From the NCBI GenBank assembly GCA_951406725.2, contig OX597838.1:42966001-43030000 (forward strand): 64,000 bases of DNA. The letters run 5' to 3'. Source of the DNA: Octopus vulgaris. Its lineage: Eukaryota. The notes beneath the pieces were generated by a model. It was not told where the DNA came from, ran no database searches, and saw nothing but the letters and a program-made list of their open reading frames with translations. This document shows positions 1 to 11,680 of this stretch, one piece after another; the first letter of the stretch is position 1; the number at the start of each line of letters is the position of its first letter. A program made the translations under genes and the position numbers.

Positions 1-3000
1 TCCTTCATAAATTGTTTTCCCATCTTTTTTTCTTTTCTCAAACCATAAAACGATAAAATATCAAAATGGATTTATACAAAGAAACAAACTGTAAGACAAT
101 TCTTTGAATAGCCATCTTGTTTTCATTTGTGCTGTTTCCATTTTCTTTTTCTTTCTTTCTTTCCTTTTTTTTTTAGCCAGTGATGGTCAATTTGGTCCAT
201 AATGTGTGTGTGTGTGTGTCTGTGGGTATGTCTGTGTGTCAGTCTGCTTGATGCTGTACAGCTACCAAATTGTTCTTAATGCCCCCACTCCACCCCACCC
301 CCACTTGCTGTCCTTAGAAGTAGCTGCAGTCCCAGCAACAGACAAGGATGATTTTAATCAAATAAAAAGAATAAATAAACTCTTTAATTAACAATGAAGA
401 CAATTTTCTGAGCACACCCAGTGCCTTCCTCCTTTTTTTCCATTTTCTGGGTTGTCTTTAAGAAGAAAAAAAAATAATAATAAAAAATGTAAAATAAATG
501 TCAGCTCAGTACAAAAAAAGACCCCTTAAAGGTTGTGGATAGCATTCTTATGCTAAAGATTTGGCAACTGGCCATGAATTAATTTTACTGCTAGACAAAT
601 ACTCTCTCTCTTTCTCCTCTGTCTTTCTCTCTCTTTCCTCCTCCCACCATCACCACCATTTATATTAGTCTGTATTTTTAGAGAGGTTCACCTTATATCA
701 TAAAGGCAGTTTGATGATCATTGTAAGTGCTTTTTCTTCTTTTTTTTTCTCTCTCTCTCTCTTGTAACTAATAACTTTACGTACATATAGCTACATACAA
801 ATAATACACATACATATATATATATGCATGCACATATGCACTCGTGTGTGCATTTGCGTGTGCGTACACACACAATATTTGCTCCTTGCAGCAAGGAAAT
901 TCCATGTATTTCACTTTGAAGTTTTTATGAAATATTTTTTAAGAAAAAAAAAAAAAAATCAAAAAGGAAAGGAAAAGAGATTTAAAGACCAAAATAAAAA
1001 TTGGTTGATATATTTAAAAAAAGAAGAAAAGAAAAGAAAATGTAGACAAGGAAAATAATGACATCAAATCGTTCCCTTCTCTTGCTCTGTTGCTCCTCCT
1101 CTTGTGTCTTATAATCCTGTTTTAGTGAAACTAAAGGGAATTCTTTAGCTATGCAGGCACGGCCAGGCAAGGAGTTTGAAAGAATGACAACCTGAAGACT
1201 TGGGGGGGGTCACAAGAACTTCTTCACCACATGTTTACTATCAAGGCAGCTCGTTAAGTCTATATTGGCAGGTAAGCTTGCTAACACATCACCAACTGTG
1301 TATGCTACTGGTCAGTGGTCAAGTCCTCCTTACATTGGGACTATTATTGGTGAACCACTAAAAAACACTTTGGTTTTCATGCAGAATGTGTAATGCAAGT
1401 CGAGTTGAGTGGAGTTCATCGGTCTTTTAGTGAGAAAGAGGAGTTGGACTCGGTGCCACATGCTAGCACTTGTCGTTTTTTGTAGTAACGATGCTGATTA
1501 CAGCAGCTGACCGATTTTCTCCAATTGATTGGACATTCAGAGTTAAATGTCTCCACAACATTGGCACATTTGAGACCCCTGACCCTTTGGCTAATAGCAG
1601 TGAAACACATGGTGTGTGTGAATACACTCGGGGTTAACCAATGCCTTCTGAGAAAGAAATTTTATTATGATTAAAACAGTGGAAACATGTCATCTATGCA
1701 TGTGTTTTGTGTGTGTATGTGTGTATATATATATATTTTATATATATCGGTGTGTGAGTGTGTTGCCTTAAGATATATACTCATTGGTGATAAATCCATG
1801 AATCAAGCAAAAATATCCTGTGGATTTTTTTTTTTTCCAGCCAAGTTACACAGACACCCACACCCCACTTCAACTCCCCTGTCGTACTGGGCCATTGGAA
1901 AGGCAGTGAGCCTGTGTGGTTGGCCTGTTTTGGAAGCCTACAACCACCAACCCTAAGTTATTTACTCTTCACACTTTTTTAAGATGTCCCTAAGTGTTAT
2001 CCATATAATTTCCTTTAGTCAACCTTATGTATTATTATTATTATTTTCGGTGGTCAGCAGACTGGGCTGAATGCTTGGCAGCATTTTGTCCATCTTCAGA
2101 TTCTGCTTTGGTCAACTTTGCCTTTCTTCCTTTAAGCATTGATAAAATGAGTACCAGTTGCATACTGAGGTCAATATAACTGACTTAGCCCCTTCCACAA
2201 AACTTCAGGTCTTCTGCCTACAGTAGAAAGGATTATTATTATTATTATTAATCTGATTCTATATAACCTGTCATGATTAGATTTTTGAAGACATCTTTCT
2301 TCAAACCAATCATTGTCTTCTCCTCTGATTTTCTCTTTTCTTCTCATTCATCAGTGTTCCTTTATGGTTTTCTGCTGTTGCCAAATATGGTGTGTTTGTG
2401 TGTGCTTGTGATTTTTATTATTATTATTATTATTATTATTTTAATCTTGCTTTGTAAATTAAATATTTACAAATTATGGTGGGGGGGGGGTCTTTTTTTT
2501 TACTGTTTCCTTCTTTTCAACTTCTTGAATTATCTTTGAAAATTCTCTTCTGTATCTTTGAAAATATGGCTCAATAAGTTTTTTTGCGTACTTTTTTTAA
2601 ATCTTTCCTCTTGAACTCTAGTTGGATAGGGCAGCACCAAGCTACATCATTTACACATTTTTTTTGTTGTTTTATCAACAAAACAAAATTATTTTTAAAA
2701 ACTTTTGATCATAATCCACCACATTCTTAGATGGGACAATCATAAACTATATATTTACCATATCAAACTCTTCCTTAATAATTCCTCCACAGTTTGCATA
2801 AATTAAGCCATTGGCGCTTAGGAGCCGTGTTTTACCATCATACCATGTGGATTTTTTCTTTTCTTTTTTTTTTTCTTTATAAACTAAGAAAATAGTTTTT
2901 GTTTTTCAAAACTACATTCCAAACATGTTGATTATCATTTTTTTAATGATCTCATTTAAATCTTAATTATAACACACACAAACATTTGATGATAGATGAA

Positions 3001-5022
3001 TTCCAGTCCATTTCCTTTAGCCAGTCTTGTTTTGTCACCTCACAATCTGGTTCTTCCAAGCTAAAACACCACATAAATATATTTCAGCTTTTGCTCCTTT
3101 CTGCCAAACTCACTCACCTGTGTTGACATACCTGCTCAGCATGTTTTGCTTTGCTCAATACTAATTTTTTTTTTTTTTTTTCATTTGTAATACTAAACAA
3201 TTTTCTAAAGCATCTTCCATTTCTGCTGTTTTAAATCTTTTTTTTTTCATTTCTTTTTACCTTTTTTTTTTTTTTTATTCAGGAACTTTCTTCCATTGTT
3301 TTACTACAGTTTAGCTTTAAAAAAAAACACATTTTACTGGCCATTTTCTTGCTGAGCTAAAGTAGACCTACCAGTCTTCCATTTTCTTATTTCACCAAAA
3401 CCAGAATCTAACACAGGGATTGAGATATTAACTTATTCTAACCAAATTTAATCTTATAGTCCTCATTTTCTCTCTCTCTCTCTCTCTCTCTCTTTTCACT
3501 AATTAGATGGAATGTCAATTAACTTTCAGTTAATTAAAACCGTACGCCAAAACATCTTTCTATACGCACAGTTTTTGTTCCAAACTTATCTTGGATGACG
3601 ATGATGATGATAATAATAATAATAATGATAATAATACTAATAATACATTCTCCCATAATCATCTGACTTTACATATTGGTGCTTCTAATCTATTTGTGCC
3701 AAGAGGAAAAATCAGCTCCAATCCATCTGAAGCTGTTCATTTTTTTTCTTCCCTTTTTTTCTTTTTTCTTTTTTTGAGGTGACAAAGCATTCTTTCTTTT
3801 TTTCCTTCTTTTTTTTATCTCTTTCTTTAGCATGCACATCTATCATTTTAATCCGGTAGCTATGTAGTGTTGCATATTCTGCTAGTAGATTTCTTTTTCT
3901 TTCTTTTTTTTTTAACCATTCTAGTGTTTTGTTTTGTTTTGTTTTTTTTTGTTTGTTTAGAGTCTTGTATTGCTCAACTTCTGAGACTGCCAGTCCAAAA
4001 CAGACCTGCACTTGTGGTGCTTACCTGTTTGCTGTCACTGATTCTCTTGCTACCGACAATCACATTCCTACCTGTTTGGCAATTCCATATTAAATAACAT
4101 TAATGGTGGCGAGTTGGCAGAAATAGAACCCTGAATTGGGTCTTCGGCCCTTTGTACCCCTCTTTTCCCTTTTTCAAACTCAAATCCTGCTGAGGTCTAC
4201 CTTGCCTTTGATCCCGCCAATTTTAATGAATTAAGTACCAGTCATATTCATGGATTCAATAACAATGGACTAGTGCAACCCTGGCTAAGAATTGACCAAG
4301 TCTCAGATCGGTTAAAATCACAAACAACATGAGTCCCTGATCTTCTAAGAAACTGGAGGGGGGGAAAAAAAGAGAGAAAAACAAAAAAATATTGCTTCGG
4401 TTTATTTATCATTTTGTTAATATTATTATTATTCTTTTTTTCTTCTTTTATTGTTAAAACCTTCCCCCGTGTAAAGAATAGGGTCCAAATATTTTGTGTG
4501 CATTATTTTATTATTTTGGATGTGCCCCCTTCTCCCCCATTCACCATTAATTATAATATTGTGACTGACTCCACAATGGCTGTGAGTGTGGTGTTGTAGG
4601 AATGAGCAACTGTGTATCATACAGTCACCATCGGATTAGCTCAGACCTTTCATTCAGACCATTGGCATTTTTCAAAGAATTACAGTGCCTGCATCTTCTT
4701 CACTATTTTTCTATTGATATATTTTAACCCCTGAAAATGAAGTCGTATTATGTGTATATAAATGTGTGCGTGTGTGTGTAGACATATATTTGCATACACC
4801 CATGTGTATATGTGTGTGTGTGTGTGGCTGTATGTATACATACATATATATACATACATGAATGTGTGTGTGTATGCATATATAAGATATATTCACACAT
4901 ACACATAAAAATCTATAATATACACACACACCCACCCACCCACACATAAATTGTGTTTGTTTGTATATGCATGAAATACACACAGACAGACATCTGTGTA
5001 TTGAGTCATATCCTTCCATTCT

Positions 5023-5024
<2 letters not shown>

Positions 5025-5072
<48 letters not shown>

Positions 5073-5191
5073 TTCCTCAATTGTTTCTTCTCTTCCTGCT
5101 ATCAATGATCCCATCCTCTGGTTAAACTTACTGAGCTGCTGCTGCTGCTGCTGCTGCTGCCTGACATGTAAACTCTGATGAATTGAGCTCA

Positions 5192-5222
<31 letters not shown>

Positions 5223-5225
5223 TTC
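5025..5225. repeat. Microsatellite cluster (CT)n, (GCT)n, (TTTC)n; representative of many (TA)n/(CA)n/(TACA)n/(GAT)n tracts across the window
   Basis: Directly visible simple repeats. Other large tracts at 8718-8935, 11118-11205, 34795-34865, 35105-35220, 38343-38462, 45650-45830, 47310-47530, 52360-52490. Confidence 0.95.
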
Positions 5226-5753
5226 TCTTCCCCTGCCACCTGTCGGGTCCAGAAGCTGACTGGACGCAAAAATGATATTGTGTGATTGAAAATAAAAACA
5301 AAAAACAAACTCTGCTTACTACATTGTATTGTATTTATTTTTTATTTATATTGATTCTTCCTTTTATGGCTGTTTATTTTCATCACTTCCGGTAGACACC
5401 CCCCCCCCCCCTCTATCCTTTGTTCTTTTTTTTCTTTCCTCTTTTTATTGGATTGGAAGCTTTGAAAATAACTGCCTTTGAAAAATATATATGTGTATCT
5501 ATGTATCCATATGTGTAGATATATGTATATATAAATATGTGAATGTGTGTGAGTGTTTATATATATATAAACACTCACACATGTATATACATTACATATG
5601 TGTGCATTTGTGCACATGTGTATATTTGGAGAAAAATACTTACTCCATCTATCCATAGATGATGTTAACATTCTAGCTGCCATAAGGAAGATTTTTTCTT
5701 CCTTTCACTGCAAAAAGAAAAATGAATAAAATATAAGTTGATGTTAATGAATT

Positions 5754-5789
<36 letters not shown>

Positions 5790-7083
5790 CTCCTCTTCCT
5801 CCTCCTTTTCAGACACACTTCACCTATTCTGTTTTTACTTACCTCTTAATTTCTCGTTTGCAACAACACAATCCTACGTAAAACTGTAGCAGTCAACCAG
5901 GCCTGAAATATGCGATATCACAGAAATTGTACTAACCTTGCTTACATTCATTTTGAAGAAAGTGATGAACTCTTTAATGCAAGGGCCGTAACTCTAATTC
6001 ATTTCTCTTCTGTAAAAGAACCAATTTCCAAGACTGGTCCGATGTTTTTTTGTTTTTTTTTTATCTGGAAAATTTTCAACAAAATGTAAAAATTTCAAGC
6101 CAAAAGAATTGAGATTTTATTTTGAAATTCCTGTGTGTCAAGAATGAGACAACATAGCTGGTGCCATTAACGAACGAATGTTTTATTTTTGGCCGTGACA
6201 CAGTCTTGCCAGATTTTTAAGATTTCCTTATGGCACAGTCAGAGGAGAGCATGCAGGGCCTCTGAAGACAATATGAGAAAGACAGAAGAAACAGGAACTC
6301 AATGCATCTGGTGGACTTGTGATTTCACATACAAGGCGTGAGTCAATCAGAGTTGAACCCAAAACTAAAGGATTGCAAATGAAACTTGTTACTCCCCCAG
6401 TCATCAATGGCCCCACAAAGTATCTTGTTTTTTGACAAACAGAACCAACAGCAGAGCCTCTCTATGCTGTCCTGTTGTTTTAAAAAGAGGAAGATACATG
6501 GAATATATTTGGATGTATTTTGCCTGAAAAACTAGGGGGGATGGTCGTGGCTGGCCAAGAACTAAAATTCAACAGCTGTTGTAGAGCCACCACATGTACA
6601 ATGTCAGATGTGGTGTTGATTGATTCAACGAACCCTTGTGGAGAGATTCCAGAAGGTTTTATCCAGCAGTGATTAGTAGCTGGGTGGAGTTGAGAAGTTT
6701 CTTTCCCGGTCACATGGTTTCAAGTTCAATCCCATTCTGCAGCACCCTTTTGAGTAGAGCTGGTGGGCAGAAACTGAAAGAGGCACATAGTATGTGTGTG
6801 CGTATATATATGTATATGTGTGTTCATGTCCCTGTCATACAAGCAGTGTTATTTATTTTCAACCTTCCATGAAAACATGTCTGGCCAGGGGGAAATATTA
6901 CCTTGTTTGGAAACAAAAAATCTGCCTTGACAAATACTGTCTGACCGATGCAAGGCAAAATGGACATTAAAATAATAAGAATATCATTTTGCTTCTAAAC
7001 ATAGCAAAGTTGTCCAGCCAAGAAGTGACCAGCTGTGTCCTGCAGTCGTCTGGCCAGTCCAGCTAAGATACATATATCTTGGA

Positions 7084-7389
7084 CTATTGTTCTACATTTA
7101 AGAGATGAGGAATTAAGTACATTATTTGCATTTGACGAATATTTGTTTTATGCCCACAGGCATATGGCATAGTGGTTAAGAGTGTGGGCTACTAATCCCA
7201 AGATTCCAAGCAGTGACCTGAATAATATTAATGATAATAATAAGAATAACATCGAGAAATACCATAGGAATGAGAACCCAGGTTCGAAATTTCCCCAAGA
7301 CACCTGATGAAGGCTGGAGGGTATATCAGCCGAAACGTGTTAACAATGAATAAGATGAGGACAAATATCCATCAAATGTAAATAATGTA
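7084..7389 (+). mobile_element. Short element with tRNA-like head, hammerhead core and inverted terminal duplication
   Basis: A-box TGGCATAGTGG (7165) and anticodon-arm-like TGGGCTACTAATCCCA; B-box-like GGTTCGAAAT (7281); GACAC-CTGATGA-A-GGCTG(N10)CAGCC-GAAAC-GTGTT (7299-7341). Segment 7118-7146 is an inverted copy of 7361-7389. Flanking direct repeat TATCTTGGA at 7075 and 7388. Confidence 0.65.
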
Positions 7390-7679
7390 TCTTGGAATAT
7401 ATCTTTCACTGTGCTCTCTCCCTCCAGATAGTGTGGTGTTATTTGAAGGTAATACGACTGGTATATCTAGCAGATTGAGTTGCCACATAGGGACACCTTT
7501 GTGTCTGCCAGTGGGAACCACATCAAAGGTAGAGAAGTGAGGTGTTGGTCAGAGCAAGGCAGTTGCTGTCTCATTGGTGCCACGGTTCTTGGTTTATTTG
7601 AACAAAGCACAAGAGTCTCCAGAAGTATTGCAATGGCGTTTTCAGCTGCTTCCATTCATGTTGGAGAATATCAACAGCA

Positions 7680-8700
7680 AAAGCAAAATCTGCTCCTCAC
7701 ATGTCTGGGCAGCAGCATATTGATGCAGTGTGCATTGCATCAATTTCTGCTTGTCGTCATTGTTTACCCCCCCTCCCTACATAATCAAACGTTTGACCCA
7801 ACACCATCCTGCCTTTTCATGTATTGTGTTTCTCATCAACCCACTCATGAACTCATCCCTTTTAAGCCAGAGACCATCAATGGTTTATCTCCAGGCATCG
7901 CTCTCCTTGATCCTCCTCTTCAATTGCCCTCACTTCTATTCAGATTTTATTTTGTTCTCAAACTCTAGAATTTTCTTGGCCTTCCCTCTCTTCTGTTTGT
8001 TCTGAAAGTTTCCCTTAAGGAACTGCCTGACAAATCTGTGTACAAAATTCCACTTTCTGTTGGGTCTCCACGTCAATAGGCTCTGGTTATATTTTCTCTC
8101 ACAAAGCTATGTTACTGATTTTTTTTTTTTGCCAGCCCATGGACTCTGAGTGTCCTCTGGAGCCAGAGTTCAATGAAGGTCTGCATCTTCTTCAGATTCA
8201 GAACTTCATTTATCAGCCCCTTACAGTTCGATTGATTTCATGCTTGAATTGAAGATGGAAACGTCATGAGGGCAGGCCCCAAACTTCAACAGAAGGAATG
8301 CAACACACACTGATTTTGCAAGGGTTTGTTGCAGACCAAGCAAACACCCAGTGCTTCTTGTATTGGTTCATTTTCTTCTTTGGTATGGGACGATTGGTGT
8401 CTGGAGTAGGACTGCAAATATATTGCAGTTGAGCTGTAAGTAGTGGCAGCAGCCCTTTAAGATAAATCAACAAATTTTATGAGGGCATACAAGGCTGAGT
8501 TCAGTTTCTGCCTTGGAGAAAAAACTAGAGGCAGACGTATGATGGCTCATCTTGTAAGACTTGCATGGAGTTTATTAAGGCAGATTTTCCACAGCTGGAT
8601 GCTCTTCTGGTTACTCTTCACAAGCAAGATTCTATTTCTCCAGGACCAGACATGTTTTCACTGAATATTGAACAGGAATAACATTTGTCAAGACAAGGAA
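7680..8700 (-). mobile_element. Possible very old L1/Tx1-like LINE remnant
   Basis: Minus ORF 8264..8473 (LKG.L.L.TAQLQYI...KKMNQ...FAW...KIS......WGLPS) loosely resembles the post-RT region of L1/Tx1 ORF2. Boundaries are uncertain. Confidence 0.35.
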
Positions 8701-8823
8701 ACACAAACATATCATTCATATACACACACACACACACATATATACATACATATATATGTATGTATGGAGCTTATATATATATACATACATACATGTACAT
8801 ACTTATATATATATACATGCATA

Positions 8824-8855
<32 letters not shown>

Positions 8856-8914
8856 CATATATAACTATATATATTTATATATATACATACATACATATAT
8901 ATACATTTACACAT

Positions 8915-11117
8915 ATCATCATCATCATCATCATCGTTTAACGTCCGTTTTCCGCGCTAGCACAGGTTGGACGGTTCAACTGGGGTCTGGGAAGCCAGGG
9001 GCTGCACCAGGCTCCAGTCTGATCTGGCAGTATTTCTACAGCTGGATGCCCTTCCTGATGCCAACCACTCCGCGAGTGTAGTGGGTGCTTTTTACGTGCC
9101 ACCGGCACAGGTGCCAGGGGAATCTGGCATCAGCAACGATCGGTTGGTGCTTTTAATGTGCCACCAGCACGGAAGCCAGCGAAAGCTGCGCTGGCATCGG
9201 CCACGTTCGGATGGTGCTTTTTATGTGCCACCAGCACAGAAGCCAGTCGAGGCGGCGCTGGCATCAGCCGCGTTCGGATGGTGCTTTTTATGTGCCACCG
9301 GCACAGGTATCACAACTACTATTTCCAGTGATATTTATTTCAATGTTCATATGCATGCACTTGACTCAACAGGTCTCCTCAAGCACAGCGAGATGTTCTG
9401 GGATCCAAGGTACTTTGGGCAGGGGCTATGCGGAACTGGTGCAGGAAGCAGCCCGGGTCTTTGCAGTCACAGCACATCTCCAGAGATCTCGGTCCTTCGC
9501 CATTGCCTCAGTGAGGCCCAACACTCTGAGGTCATGCTTGACTACCTCATCCCATGTCTTCCTGGGTTTACCTCTTCCCCTGATTCCTTCAACTGTTTGG
9601 GAGCGGCACTTCTTCACACATCTCTCCTCATCCATCCGCAGTACATGACCATACCATCGCAAGCGTCGCTCTTGCACACCACATCTGATGCTTCTTATGT
9701 CCAGCATTTCTCTTGGGGCGCTTACACTCTGTCTTGCGTGCACACTGACATTACACATCAAGCGGATCATGCTAGCTTCATTTCTTTCAAGTCTACGCAT
9801 GTCCTCTGCAGTCACGGCCCATGTTTCACTACCGTGAAGCATGGCAGTTCGCACACATGCATCATACAATCTACCTTTCACTCTGAGTGAGAGACCCTTT
9901 GTCGCCAGTAGGGGTAGGAGCTTTCTAAACTTTGCCCAGGCTATTCATATTCTAGTGGTGACACTCTCTGAGCATCCACCTCCACTACTAACTTGGTCAC
10001 CCAGGTAGCGGAAACTATCAACTACTTCTAGTTTCTTCCCCTGGAGTGTGATGGAATCTGTTTTCTGTGTATCTGTGGTGTCTATTGCTCCTGTGCATCT
10101 GCCGCACATGAAAGCTATTTTATCAGTTAATTTCCCTTTGATGTTGCTGCACCTCTTATGCGTCCATAGCTTACACTGGGTACATCTTATGGAGTTTCTA
10201 CCTACACCTTTCCTACAGATCGAGCAGGGCCACCTGCCCGATGGAGTGTGTGCTGAGTTCGCCTTTCTGCTTACTATAATTTTGGTCTTTGCTACATTTA
10301 CTCTAAGGCCCTTTGATTCTAACCCTTGTTTCCACACCCGAAATTTCTTTTCTAGTTCCGGTAGTGATTCTGCTATGAGAGCCAGGTAATCAGCATAGAG
10401 GAGCTCCCAGGGGCAACCTGTTTTGAATTCCTCTGTTATTGCCTGGAGGACTATGATGAATAAAAGGGGACTGAGGGCTGAGCCTTGGTGTACACCTACT
10501 TCTACCCAGAATTCTTCACTATATTCGTTGCCAATCCTAAACTTGCTGACAGCCTCTCTGTATAGGGCCTCTACAGCCCTTATTAGCCATTCGTCAATCT
10601 CCAGTTTCTGCATCGACCACCAGATAAGGGATCGGGGGACCCTGTCAAAGGCTTTCTCCAAGTCCACAAAAGCTATGTAGAGGGGTTTATCTTTAGCTAG
10701 GTACTTCTCCTGCAGCACAAAACCGAACTGCATCTCATCTAAGCAAATTCTCTCCCTAATGAGATGGGTTATGACCCTCTCTGTGACCTGCATCACCTGA
10801 TCCAACAGTTTAATACCCCTAGAGCATCACCCTTACCCTTGTAGCAGTTGACTATGGTGCTGCTATGCCAGTCATTGGGTATGATTCCATTATGAACTAC
10901 CTGGTTTACAATGCGGGTGACTAGGCCATAGCCCACACAACCAGCTGTTTTAAGCATCTCAGCAGTGATTCCTGATGGGCCGGGGGCTTTACCTGGTTTC
11001 ATACCCTTAATTGCCTTAACTACAAGGGAGCTGTCTATTTGGATAGCTGGTCCCTCTACTGGGTCAACATTTGGCAGGCTCTCCTCCTCCCATTCATTCT
11101 CCACATTCAGCAGTCTT
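8915..11117 (-). mobile_element. RTE-clade LINE, 5'-truncated and decayed
   Basis: RT motifs across broken frames: KAPGPSGI, QFGF, FVDLEKAFDRV, GVHQGSALSPLLF, YADY (mutated YADD), FRYLG, RRLRWYGHV, RGRGKPRKTW. The 3' UTR has ~55-bp subrepeats and ends in a (GAT)n tail at ~8915-8935. Confidence 0.95.
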
Positions 11118-11129
11118 ACATATACATAC

Positions 11130-11160
<31 letters not shown>

Positions 11161-11680
11161 CACATATACATATATACACACACATACACACACACACACA
11201 TGCATGAATATGATGGGGTTTCATTCAGTATCCATTTCCGCCTACCAAATCCGCTTGCAAGGCTTTGGCCAGGCCGTGAGGCTATAGCAGAAGATACTTG
11301 CTTAAGGTGCCATGCAGAAGGACTGAACCTGAAACCACATTTCTGCAGCAAACAGCTTAACCACCCGGCCAAAAGCCATGCTTTGCAGTTTAAACAAAGA
11401 GCAGATCGTAAACAAGAGCCTGATTGCAGACAGTCAAACATTCAACAGCAAAAATCCATAACAGACGGTGTGTCCTCATTATTTCATTGCTATCAGAACA
11501 TTGACAAGGAGGGAGTACTTACCTGCTCATTGATCAGATAACTCTTAACTCTCTTGTAATCATACTTATAGGGTTTATCTTTTGAATCTGAACTACATTT
11601 CCTGATCCAGGAAGATTTCACAATCATGACATTCCAAACATTGTAATCTAAATTACTTGGCATATATTTGCCTGAGTGGA

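Noticed and set aside
4711-5683. ORFs rich in H/T/Y/I/C/V here and throughout the window
   Set aside because: Translations of (CA)n/(TA)n/(GA)n microsatellites.
8967-9890. 307-aa plus-strand ORF
   Set aside because: Antisense frame of the RTE element's 3' region.
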